The notes: generated by a model not told the origin, from the sequence alone. Counted from the stretch's first letter, positions 1 to 8,300 are shown. The stretch: DNA of 64,000 nt from Gaiellales bacterium (GCA_038230835.1 JBBRMM010000004.1:157972-221971); one strand, 5' to 3'. Made by a program: numbers and translations.

Positions 1-92
1 TGATCGTGTCGCTGGCCGGAAGCGAGGCGGTTGTGAAGGGCTTCCGGATGGCCGACATGACGGTCGCCGAGGAGCCACTGAGCTTCGAGTGA
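1..92 (+). CDS. 3' end of an unidentified CDS entering from upstream of the window (...AEEPLSFE*)
   Basis: Open frame from position 3 to TGA at 90-92. It is too short to assign a product. Confidence 0.3.
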   Translation, partial: IVSLAGSEAVVKGFRMADMTVAEEPLSFE

Positions 93-108
93 GCTTCGAG
101 TGAGCTTC
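80..108. repeat. 11-bp tandem repeat gagcttcgagt, 2.6 copies, spanning the stop codon of the partial CDS
   Basis: gagcttcgagt at 80-90 and 91-101, then gagcttc at 102-108, read directly from the sequence. Confidence 0.8.
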
Positions 109-167
109 TAAGGCCTGTCTCAGTGGGGGCTCACTGCTGTCTCATGCCGGCCCGGCATGCTGGGTGC

Positions 168-413
168 ATGACCCAGAACCTCCTCCTCAAGATCTACACC
201 AGCCTGGTTGCGGTGATCGCGGTCGTCGCGATCGCGCTCACCCTGAACGCACAGCAGATCGCCGGCCAGTGGCGGGTGCAGGCCCAGTCCTCCACCCACG
301 TCGCCGCGCTCCTGGCACCGCAGCGCGGCTCGACGAAGGCAGTCACCGCGCCGGGCTCGGCAGCGCTGCCTGCCTCCGCTGTGGCGACCCTGCCTACCAC
401 CCACACCAGCTGA
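168..413 (+). CDS. small membrane-anchored hypothetical protein (81 aa from internal ATG)
   Basis: ORF 123..413. From M16 it reads MTQNLLLKIYTSLVAVIAVVAIALTLNA, a single N-terminal hydrophobic helix followed by an Ala/Ser/Thr-rich tail. No recognised family. Confidence 0.3.
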   Translation: MTQNLLLKIYTSLVAVIAVVAIALTLNAQQIAGQWRVQAQSSTHVAALLAPQRGSTKAVTAPGSAALPASAVATLPTTHTS

Positions 414-466
414 GCGTCACGCCCCGGCAGCGCTCAGGCGGCCCGCCTGACCTCTGTCGCCGGATC

Positions 467-518
467 GTCACGACTCCGTGTCCCGAACCGTTCGGGGTCT
501 GACCCCGGGGTGGGGTGG
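467..518 (-). repeat. C-block/palindromic repeat, copy 3 (reverse orientation, internally shortened)
   Basis: The reverse complement reads ccaccccaccccggggtcagaccccgaacggttcgggacacggagtcgtgac. It shares both ends with 49877-49948 and its core with 49641-49697. It lies between convergent gene ends. Confidence 0.65.
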
Positions 519-549
519 CGCGTGGCTCGCGACCGCGACGCGCCCGGGG

Positions 550-1038
550 TCAGGTTTGCGGCATCTCAGCATCGAGTGCGGCGGGAGTAACCGGCCGGCC
601 CTCGAACTCCGTGCCCAGCACGATCACCGACTTCGTGCGCTCCACCGATGCCAGAGCGCGGATCTCCCAGATCAGATGCTCGAGGGCGCGCATGGACTCG
701 GCACGCACCTTGAGCATCAGGCTCTCCTCGCCGGCGATGTGGTGACACTCCTCAACCCATGACATGGCCTCGAACGCGCCCTCGAGCTCGCTGCGCGGCC
801 CAGCGGCCTGGGTGACCATGATGAAGGCGGTGACCGCCGAGCCGACCATCTCGGGGTCGACGACGGCGCGATAGCCGGTGATCACTCCTCGCGACTCGAG
901 CTTCTTCACACGCTCGTGCACCGCCGCGGGCGATAGGCCGACCTGCTGGGCGATGTGCGCGAAGGTCGCCCTGCCCTCGCCCTGGAGGTGGGCGATGATC
1001 GCGCGATCGGTGTCGTTCAGCTCTTTCGTGCTCATCAA
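550..1038 (-). CDS. Lrp/AsnC family transcriptional regulator
   Basis: 162 aa. N-terminal HTH (DRAIIAHLQGEGRATFAHIAQQVGLSPAAVHERVKKLESRGVI) followed by an AsnC-type ligand-binding domain. Confidence 0.9.
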   Translation of the reverse strand: MMSTKELNDTDRAIIAHLQGEGRATFAHIAQQVGLSPAAVHERVKKLESRGVITGYRAVVDPEMVGSAVTAFIMVTQAAGPRSELEGAFEAMSWVEECHHIAGEESLMLKVRAESMRALEHLIWEIRALASVERTKSVIVLGTEFEGRPVTPAALDAEMPQT

Positions 1039-1079
1039 CCTTGCAAGAACGATACTCGCGCTGCGGTATTGTGCAGCGC

Positions 1080-1331
1080 ATGAGCGACCCAGCAGGATGG
1101 GAGCGACGCGACGGGGCGTTGCGCAAGCGGTTCGGATTCGCGGACTTCGCGTCTGCGCTCAGCTTCGCCAACCGCGTCGGCGCCGCCGCGGAGGCGGCCG
1201 ACCACCATCCCGACCTGTGGGTGTCGTGGGGGGCCGTCGAGGTGGCGTGGGTGAGCCACTCGGAGGGCGGGATTACCGACCGCGACGTCGAGATGGCGCG
1301 GCGCACCGACCAGCTGGCCGAGGCCGACTGA
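1080..1331 (+). CDS. pterin-4-alpha-carbinolamine dehydratase (PCD/DCoH-like)
   Basis: ORF 1041..1331. FADFASALSFANRVGAAAEAADHHPDL is the characteristic PCD motif (HHP). ATG at 1080 is preferred over TTG at 1041. Divergent from the Lrp gene. Confidence 0.8.
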   Translation: MSDPAGWERRDGALRKRFGFADFASALSFANRVGAAAEAADHHPDLWVSWGAVEVAWVSHSEGGITDRDVEMARRTDQLAEAD

Positions 1332-1343
1332 CGCTGCGCGGAG

Positions 1344-2732
1344 TTACGACGCGTCGTCGCCGGGGGCCGGCGCCGCCTCCTCGACCTGCTTGAACGACAC
1401 GTCCACCTCGGTGATCCGCGGGCCGTCGACACCCGACACCTCGAACCGGGCGCGTTCGATGTTGACCGAGTCACCCGGCTGCGGTGCCCGCCCCAGTTCG
1501 CCGAACACGTAGCCACCCACGGTGTGGTAGTCGTCCTCCGGCAGTTCGGTGCCGAAGCGCTCGTTGAACTCGTCGATCGGGAACGAGCCACCGATCCGCA
1601 CTCGGCCACCGCCGATCCGCCGGATGCCCAGCTCGGGGAGGTCGAACTCGTCGCCGATCTCGCCGACGATCTCCTCCAGCAGATCCTCGAGCGTCGCCAG
1701 GCCCGCCACCGACCCGTACTCGTCCACCACGATCGCCATGTGATTCGACGTGCTGCGGAATTCGGCCAGCAGCTCGTCCAGCCGCTTGGTCTCCGGCACA
1801 ACGATGGCGGGACGCAGGATCGATCGCACGTCCAGCCGCTCGATCCCGCGATCGTTCATGGCACTGAACAGGTCGCGCACGTGCAGCACCCCGACCACGT
1901 CGTCGAGATCCTCGCCATACACCGGGTAGCGCGTGTACGGGTGGCTCAGCACCACGCTCAGCAGGTCGGGAGTCGGCATGTCGAGCGGCAGCGCAACCAC
2001 ATCCGGACGGGGCACCATCACGTCGACGGCATCCTTGTCCGCGAACTCGAACACCTTGTGCAGCATCTCCTGCTCCTCCTCCTCCAGCACACCCTTCTGG
2101 CGGCTGGCGGTGACGAGCATCTTCAGCTCCTCCTCAGAATGCACGAGCGAGACCCCGCTGACCGGCGGCAGGCCGGCCCACCGCAGCACCGCGGCGCTGG
2201 AGCCCACGAGCACCCAGATGAACGGCCGAAACACCGCGTAGAACACCGCGATCGGGGTGGCGACCGCAAGCGCGACACCCTCGGCGTGCCCGAGCGTGAA
2301 CGACTTGGGCACGATCTCGCCCATGACGACGTGGAAGTAGGACAGGATCGTGAACGCCAGAATCACCGAGACCGTGGTGGCCACCCCCGAGTGCCAGCTC
2401 TGCGGGAGCAGGTCGAGCGGCGAGCGCAGCAGCCGCGACACCACCGGCTCGCCGATGGCGCCCAGGCCCAGGCTCGACAGCGTCACGCCGAGCTGGATCG
2501 CCGAGATGAACCGGGACGGGTGCTCGAGCAGGACGAGCACACGCCGGGCGCCGCGTGACCCCTGCGCGTCGAGCTCCGCCACCCGTGTCCGCCGCACCGT
2601 GACGAGGGCATACTCCGCGGCCACAAAAAAGGCGTTGGCGGCCACGATCAGCACCACCGCGGCGAGTTCGACGGCGGTCAACACGGTCTGGGAACGTCGT
2701 CGCTCAACCCGGCGCAAGTATAGACCGGGCAT
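1344..2732 (-). CDS. HlyC/CorC (CNNM) family transporter: DUF21 membrane domain + CBS pair + CorC_HlyC domain
   Basis: 462 aa. N-terminal TM helices with FFVAAEYALV, a central CBS region and a C-terminal transporter-associated domain. Confidence 0.85.
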   Translation of the reverse strand: MPGLYLRRVERRRSQTVLTAVELAAVVLIVAANAFFVAAEYALVTVRRTRVAELDAQGSRGARRVLVLLEHPSRFISAIQLGVTLSSLGLGAIGEPVVSRLLRSPLDLLPQSWHSGVATTVSVILAFTILSYFHVVMGEIVPKSFTLGHAEGVALAVATPIAVFYAVFRPFIWVLVGSSAAVLRWAGLPPVSGVSLVHSEEELKMLVTASRQKGVLEEEEQEMLHKVFEFADKDAVDVMVPRPDVVALPLDMPTPDLLSVVLSHPYTRYPVYGEDLDDVVGVLHVRDLFSAMNDRGIERLDVRSILRPAIVVPETKRLDELLAEFRSTSNHMAIVVDEYGSVAGLATLEDLLEEIVGEIGDEFDLPELGIRRIGGGRVRIGGSFPIDEFNERFGTELPEDDYHTVGGYVFGELGRAPQPGDSVNIERARFEVSGVDGPRITEVDVSFKQVEEAAPAPGDDAS

Positions 2733-2929
2733 CCGACGTGGCCCGATCCGCGAAATCGGATCGATCGCGAGTGGAAAGAAACGCTCAAGTCAGCAGGCCT
2801 GATGCCGATCAGCTACCGCAGGGGTTCGTGCCCTGACGGCGAATCCCCGGGCGTTGGCTCAGACCCGCGTTTTGGGAGGGGCTAACGACCGCACGAGGTT
2901 CTGCCGATACACCAAGTCGGTGGCAAGCC

Positions 2930-3568
2930 TTGACGAGTGGAGCACATGTGGGCGAATCCATAAGCTGTCTGATTGTCGATGACCACGAGGTCGTGCGCGA
3001 AGGTCTGCGCCTGGCGCTCTCGAGGGCTGACAACATCCGCGTGATCGGCGAAGCAGCCGATGGCAGCGCGGCCGTGGCGCTGGCCCGCCGACGGCGACCG
3101 AACGTCGTGATCATGGACGTACGCATGCCCGGCACCGACGGGCTGCAGGCCGCCCGCCAGATCTCCGCCGAGGTCCCCGAGACGGCGGTGCTGATGTTCA
3201 CCGCCTACGGTGAGCGAAGCCTGCTCACGCGGGGCCTGGAGGCCGGTGCCAAGGGCTACATCCTGAAAGAGGCGCCCCAGCAGACGCTGGTGCGCGCGAT
3301 CCAGAAGGTGGCCGGCGGCGACGGTTACGTCGATCCGGCGCTGATGCCCGCGTTCCTGACCAAGGAACGCGAGAACATGCTGACCGCCCGCGAGCGCGAG
3401 ATCCTGCAGTTGCTCGCCGATGGGATGTCCAACGCGGACGTGGCGGGTAAGCTCTTCATCAGCCAGGAGACCGTCAAGAGCCACGTGCGGCACATCCTCT
3501 CGAAGCTGGAGGCAGACACCCGCACGCATGCCGTCGCAATCGCCCTCAGACAGGCCATCATCGATTGA
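2930..3568 (+). CDS. NarL/LuxR-family response regulator
   Basis: CLIVDDHEVVREGL...VIMDVRMPGTDG receiver domain plus a C-terminal LuxR HTH (LTAREREILQLLADGMSNADVAGKLFISQETVKSHV). The start could be GTG at 2948. Confidence 0.9.
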   Translation: MTSGAHVGESISCLIVDDHEVVREGLRLALSRADNIRVIGEAADGSAAVALARRRRPNVVIMDVRMPGTDGLQAARQISAEVPETAVLMFTAYGERSLLTRGLEAGAKGYILKEAPQQTLVRAIQKVAGGDGYVDPALMPAFLTKERENMLTAREREILQLLADGMSNADVAGKLFISQETVKSHVRHILSKLEADTRTHAVAIALRQAIID

Positions 3569-5003
3569 TCCGCGGAGCGGACGCGACCGGCTGATCCGCG
3601 CCGGTCTGTTCGCGACCCTGGCCGGTGCCACGACCGCGGCCGCCGCCGCAGGCGGTGCCCTCGTCTCGGGACGTGTCGGTGTGGCCGCAGCCGGCCTCGC
3701 CGGCGCGGGTTGGGTGGCCGCCCTCGCCCACGGGAAGATCGGGGGCCAGTCCGAGCGGCTGCACGCCTACGAGCAGTGGCAGACCAAGCTGCGCAGCGAG
3801 CTGGTCGGCCAATCGGCCTTCCTTGACCGCCTGGTGCGTGGGCTGGATGCGGTGTCGGAGAGCCTGGTCGAGTCGCGCGTGCTGGACAGCACGGCGGAGC
3901 AGGCCCGAACCGTGCTGGGAGCCGACGTGGCGGTGGTGCTGGTGCCCGACGCCGACGGCCGGCGACTGCGCCCGGCGGCGGCCCGCGGCGTCGCACTCGG
4001 CCCGATGGCGGACATCGCGGTCGAGTTCGAGGCACCGGGATCGCCGCTGGCCGAGGCCGCGCGGAGCCGGACGGCTGCCGCCGGCGGGCGTGAGGTCGTC
4101 GGCGAGGACGACCTTTGCCGGCACCTGCGGCCGACCTCGGTGCTCGCTGCGCCGATGGTTGCGGTGGGTGAACTGCACGCCCTTCTGGTGCTCGCACAGC
4201 TGGGCGACGACAAGAGCTTCGGGCCATCCGACCTCGCCCGGGCGAGCGTATTCGCCGACTTCGCCACCCGCGCCGTCGAAAACGCCATGCTGTTCGAGCG
4301 GGTGGAGTCGCTGCTCGCTCAGGCCCGAGTCCGCGAGACCGAGCGCGCCGAGCTCTCACGGCGGGTGGTGTCGGCGGAGCAGGACGAGCGGCGGCGGCTC
4401 TCGCTGCAGCTCCATGACGGCCCGCTGTCGTCGCTGTCCGGTGTCGGCATGATGCTCGACGCCGCGGTCGAAGACGTGACCGCCGGCCGCCTCGAGCCCG
4501 CCCTCCAGGTGCTGGAGACGGCGCGTCAGCGTCAGCGCGGCGTGATCCGTTCCCTGCGCGAGCTGTGCTTCGCGCTCGAGCCGTGGGTGTTGCGCGACCA
4601 GGGGTTCGTGACCGCCGTCCGGGCGCTCGCCGACGAGTTCGAGCGAGGCCACTCGGTGCGGATCGTGCTCGAGGTCGACCCCGCTGATGCGCTCTCCCCC
4701 GACGACCAGGTGTGCCTGTACCAGATCGTGCGGGAAGCGGTGGCCAATGCGATCAAGCATGCCCGCCCCAGCACGGTCGCGGTGACCGTGTCGGGCATGC
4801 CCGCCGACGGGTTCCGGGTGACGGTGGCCGACGACGGCACCGGGTTCTCGGCCGGCCCAGACGACGGCCTGCCCCACCACGGAATGGCGTCCATGCGCGA
4901 GCGGGCGGCGATTCTCCGCGCGGAGCTCACCGTCGAGTCGGTGCCGGGTAGCGGCACCACGGTCAGCCTGACCATGCCGGCGGCGGTCGTCGATGCGGCG
5001 TAG
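3528..5003 (+). CDS. sensor histidine kinase (TM + GAF-like + HisKA_3 + HATPase_c)
   Basis: ORF 3420..5003. H-box ERRRLSLQLHDGPLSSL and ATPase motifs (NAIKHA, DDGTGF, GSGT). The N-terminal part of the ORF overlaps the RR gene out of frame. ATG 3528 is chosen but uncertain. Confidence 0.8.
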   Translation: MPSQSPSDRPSSIDPRSGRDRLIRAGLFATLAGATTAAAAAGGALVSGRVGVAAAGLAGAGWVAALAHGKIGGQSERLHAYEQWQTKLRSELVGQSAFLDRLVRGLDAVSESLVESRVLDSTAEQARTVLGADVAVVLVPDADGRRLRPAAARGVALGPMADIAVEFEAPGSPLAEAARSRTAAAGGREVVGEDDLCRHLRPTSVLAAPMVAVGELHALLVLAQLGDDKSFGPSDLARASVFADFATRAVENAMLFERVESLLAQARVRETERAELSRRVVSAEQDERRRLSLQLHDGPLSSLSGVGMMLDAAVEDVTAGRLEPALQVLETARQRQRGVIRSLRELCFALEPWVLRDQGFVTAVRALADEFERGHSVRIVLEVDPADALSPDDQVCLYQIVREAVANAIKHARPSTVAVTVSGMPADGFRVTVADDGTGFSAGPDDGLPHHGMASMRERAAILRAELTVESVPGSGTTVSLTMPAAVVDAA

Positions 5004-6372
5004 CCGCACGTCCTCCCCCGCCCTGCTCACCGAGCTCGTGGCGGCCTGCGAGGCGGGCCGTGACCTGCCCGCCATCCTCGACATCGCCTGCCGCGCCGTC
5101 GCCGAGTCGCTCGGCAGCGACCGCGTGGCCGCCTACACCGTGTCCGCCGACGGAGCGGCATTCGAGCGCGTGTGCGGCTCCGGCGACGACCAACTGGCGG
5201 CGACGTCGAACACCGAACCGGCGGTCGACGGCGAGGTGTTGCGACTGCCACTGGTCAGCGCCCGGCGAGTTCTGGGCTGTCTGACGGCACACGCTCCGCG
5301 GCGGGTCGAGATCGCCACCGCCCGGCTGGTGGCCGGCGTGGCGGCACAGGCGGTGGAAGCCTCGCGGCTGTGGGAGTCTGCCGGCGCCAGCGCGGGCACG
5401 CTCGACCTGCTCACCGGTTTGCCCAACCACCGCGGGTTCTCCGAGCGCGCTGGACTCGAGCTCGCACGCGCCAAGCGCACGGGCGGCCAGGTCGCGCTGG
5501 CGATGGTCGACGTGGACGGGTTCGGCGCACTCAACGAGGTTACCGGCCACCAGAACGGTGACAGCGTCCTGCGCACCGCCGCCCGCTGTTTTGCGGACGG
5601 CGTGCGGTCGTACGACAGCGTGTGCAGGCTCGGCGGAGACGCGTTCGGCCTCGTGCTGCCCGGAATGACCGCGCCGGCGGCAGCCGGACTGATCAGCCGT
5701 CTGGGCGCCGCGTTCTCCACCTCGACCGACGGCGTCACGGTATCGGGCGGGGTGGCCGGATTCCCCGAGCACGGGGCCACGCTGGCCGAGATCGAACGGC
5801 TGGCGGCGGGATCGCTGTACTGGGCCCAGCGTGGCGGTGGCGGGCGAATCGTCGCCTATGACCCCGCTGTCGTCGAGTCGCTGTCTGCCGAGGAGCGGCT
5901 CGATCAACTCGAGCGCGACACCTACGAGCGCACGATGCGCGCTCTGGAGGCCGCCCGCGGCCAGTCAGCCACCGCCCGGGCGGTCAGCGACTACGCGGGC
6001 TTCCTCGCCTCGGGCCTCGACCTCACACCCGACCGCGCCGACCGGCTGCGGCTGGCGGCGTACGTCTACGACACCACCACACCCGGCGGCGACGAGGTGG
6101 AGCGAGCGCGACTGGCCGCGCGTGTGGCCGCCAACGCGCTGGACGCCGAGGCCGCGGAGTGGCTGCTCGCCGTGCGGACGCCCGACGCCCCCATCGAGTC
6201 GCGCATCATCGCAGTGGCTGCCGGATTCGTGGAGGCGGGCGGGCACACCGGCAGCGCCGGCGCCGGCCGCGCACTGGCTGAGCTCTGGCGCGAGACCGAT
6301 GAGCGCTACGACCGTGAGGTGGTGCGCGCGCTCGAGAGCCTGCTCGCCGACCGCGTCAGCCCGGTGGGCTAA
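4993..6372 (+). CDS. GAF-like / GGDEF (variant GGDAF, intact RxxD I-site) / degenerate HD-GYP-like protein
   Basis: 459 aa. LLTGLPNHRGF...VDVDGFGALNE...RSYDSVCRLGGDAFGLVLPG. The C-terminal region aligns by eye to HD-GYP, but LAAYVYD replaces the HD motif. It overlaps the HK stop by 11 nt. Confidence 0.85.
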   Translation: MRRSRTSSPALLTELVAACEAGRDLPAILDIACRAVAESLGSDRVAAYTVSADGAAFERVCGSGDDQLAATSNTEPAVDGEVLRLPLVSARRVLGCLTAHAPRRVEIATARLVAGVAAQAVEASRLWESAGASAGTLDLLTGLPNHRGFSERAGLELARAKRTGGQVALAMVDVDGFGALNEVTGHQNGDSVLRTAARCFADGVRSYDSVCRLGGDAFGLVLPGMTAPAAAGLISRLGAAFSTSTDGVTVSGGVAGFPEHGATLAEIERLAAGSLYWAQRGGGGRIVAYDPAVVESLSAEERLDQLERDTYERTMRALEAARGQSATARAVSDYAGFLASGLDLTPDRADRLRLAAYVYDTTTPGGDEVERARLAARVAANALDAEAAEWLLAVRTPDAPIESRIIAVAAGFVEAGGHTGSAGAGRALAELWRETDERYDREVVRALESLLADRVSPVG

Positions 6373-6554
6373 GAACTCGTTTCAGAATGAGCTTCGTCGT
6401 GAGGCGCAGGGCGCGGTGGTTGCGGGAAGGATCGAGCGGCGAGCGGAGCGCAGGCGTGGCTGAAGCCACGTTGAGCACCGCACGCAGCGTGGGACGCACC
6501 CGCAAACCGGCGCGAACCAGCCGCAACAGAAGCTCATTCTGAAACGAGTTCTTA
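6370..6554. mobile_element. MITE-like non-autonomous element, copy 1
   Basis: Perfect terminal inverted repeats: ctaagaactcgtttcagaatgagcttc at 6369-6395 and its exact reverse complement at 6529-6555. The interior is an imperfect palindrome with no coding capacity. A near-identical copy lies at 49956-50138. Confidence 0.7.
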
Positions 6555-6862
6555 GTCCCAGCTCAGCCACCGTTCACGCTTCGAGGCAAGGCGTCTCCCC
6601 GCAGCGTGGCGGTCGAGCCGAGCGGCTCAACGACGCTCGGCCTGGCGACCGGTTCCTGGCCTTGTGATGGGAGTGGGTCGCCGGCTTCGTCCACCCGAAT
6701 GGTCGGCTCGGGCTGGCCGAAGGTGTAGCCGCGGAATTCCGGCGGCGGCGCTCGGCCGGCTGCGTTACAGGGCAGCCGCCGGCCGAGTCCCCCCGCCGTC
6801 TATCCACACTCGGTTATCGGCACCAGGCCGGAACGGTTCGCCCCCCGGATGGGCGATGAGCG

Positions 6863-7009
6863 TCAGTCGCGACTGCCGCGGCCGAACACGACGGTGATCG
6901 CGACCAGTCCGGCCACAAAGAGCAGGGTGATCGGCACGGCAAGGCCAGACACGAGGACGAGCACGGGGGAGCCTTTCAGCGGAGCCGGGGAGAGCTGCAC
7001 TCTCGACAT
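6863..7009 (-). CDS. possible small membrane protein (48 aa)
   Basis: ORF 6863..7084 read from M26. The C-terminal half, PVLVLVSGLAVPITLLFVAGLVAITVVF, is a clear TM segment. There is no other support. Confidence 0.25.
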   Translation of the reverse strand: MSRVQLSPAPLKGSPVLVLVSGLAVPITLLFVAGLVAITVVFGRGSRD

Positions 7010-7391
7010 GCACCGCCGCCGTGGCGCGCGCAATCCCCTCCCAGGGTGGTCTGTTGGGCCTGCGCGGGGAGAGGTCCAATGCACTCGCCCGCGCAGGCGC
7101 TACCTGGTCGGACGGCGCGCTGGATCGACGCGGTCTATCCGAGTGCCCACACCCAGGTCATTTCGCGATACCGACCAGATCTCGGCCGCGGCGTGTTGCG
7201 ACTCGACCAAGCGCCGCGCGTGCTTCACGTCGCGCATTGTGGCGACCGGTCGTCTCGACGCGGCTGCTGGTTCGCAAACCGTGCCAAATCAGGTCACCCT
7301 CCTGGGCATGGTTGTCCCAGTGTGTGAGTGGTTGCATTCTCGGGCTGCGGGGTGGAGGATGGACATGCTCGATACTCGGTGAGGAGGCGGC

Positions 7392-8300
7392 ATGGGCGTG
7401 TTTGGGAAGCTCGGTGGTGCGTGGCGGCCACTGGCCAGGGTGCTGGTGGTCTCGGCTCTGGCGACGGTCGTAAGCGCGGTTGTGTGGATGCAGCAGGCCA
7501 ACGGCGCGGCCAAAACGCTAGCGACGTTTTCGCAGATTGGCCAGTACAAGTGGAAGGTGCCGGCGGGGGTCACGTCGGTGACGTTCGATGTGTACGGCGC
7601 GTCTGGAGGCAACGTGCTTGCAGTCCAACACGGCGTTGTGACCGTCGTTACGCAGGGTGGTGCGGGTGGTGAGGCGCGGGGCCGGTTTAGCGTTCACCCG
7701 GGCGAGGTGTTTGAGATTGTGGTGGGCGGGCAGGGCGCGGCGGAGACAGAGGGCGTCACGAACCAGTTTGGCTTCGGCGGGTTCAACGGGGGTGGCGACG
7801 GCGATCAGGCGACTCGGTTTGGTGGGACGCTGGTGTCTGGCGGTGGTGGGGGCGCTTCGGACGTACGCATCGGCGGGCGAGGCAACTCCTGCGCTTCGAC
7901 CGTATGTCTCCTCCCAGACCGGATTATCGTCGCGGGAGGCGGTGGCGGGGGATCGGACGGGAACACCACCGGCGGGAACGGAGGAGTTGGCGGTGGAGTG
8001 ACCGGTGGCCCACCGCGCGTGGGCGGGGGCCAAGAGAACTTCGGACTAGGTGGCGGCGAACCTTCCGGGCAACTCATCGCAGGCTTCGGCGTGGGTGCTA
8101 CGGCGACCGTCGCCACCGGCATCGGTGGTGGAGGCGGCGGGTGGTATGGCGGCGGCAGCTCAAACGGATCAAACGGAATCAACCCGCCACCCCCAGGCAG
8201 CGGCGGCGGCAGCGGCTACATCAGCCAACTGTCCGTGACCGACTCCTTCCCCGGCGGCACACGCCTCGGCGACGGCGAGGTGATCATCACCACCCCATAA
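7392..8300 (+). CDS. secreted glycine-rich protein (Gly_rich / ALK-LTK glycine-rich domain type)
   Basis: GAGGAGG RBS 5 nt upstream. Signal/anchor ARVLVVSALATVVSAVVW. Family-typical YKWKVPAGVTSVTFDVYGASGG...VVGGQG...GGGGGASDVRIGG...RIIVAGGGGGG. Confidence 0.8.
   Translation: MGVFGKLGGAWRPLARVLVVSALATVVSAVVWMQQANGAAKTLATFSQIGQYKWKVPAGVTSVTFDVYGASGGNVLAVQHGVVTVVTQGGAGGEARGRFSVHPGEVFEIVVGGQGAAETEGVTNQFGFGGFNGGGDGDQATRFGGTLVSGGGGGASDVRIGGRGNSCASTVCLLPDRIIVAGGGGGGSDGNTTGGNGGVGGGVTGGPPRVGGGQENFGLGGGEPSGQLIAGFGVGATATVATGIGGGGGGWYGGGSSNGSNGINPPPPGSGGGSGYISQLSVTDSFPGGTRLGDGEVIITTP

Noticed and set aside
3325-4359. 344-aa Arg/Pro-rich minus-strand ORF
   Set aside because: It is antisense to the response regulator and histidine kinase genes, and its composition is implausible for a protein.
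6370-6372. Idea that the MITE truncated the GGDEF/HD-GYP-like protein substantially
   Set aside because: The protein's C-terminal region already ends where HD-GYP-type domains usually end (…YDREVVRALESLL…). At most a few residues were replaced, and this cannot be decided without an empty-site homologue.
7805-8182. Proline-rich 125-aa minus-strand ORF (PPPPPPMP...)
   Set aside because: It is the mirror image of the GGN-rich coding strand of the glycine-rich protein gene, because GGx codons read as CCx on the opposite strand. The plus-strand gene has the RBS, the signal peptide and the family motifs.
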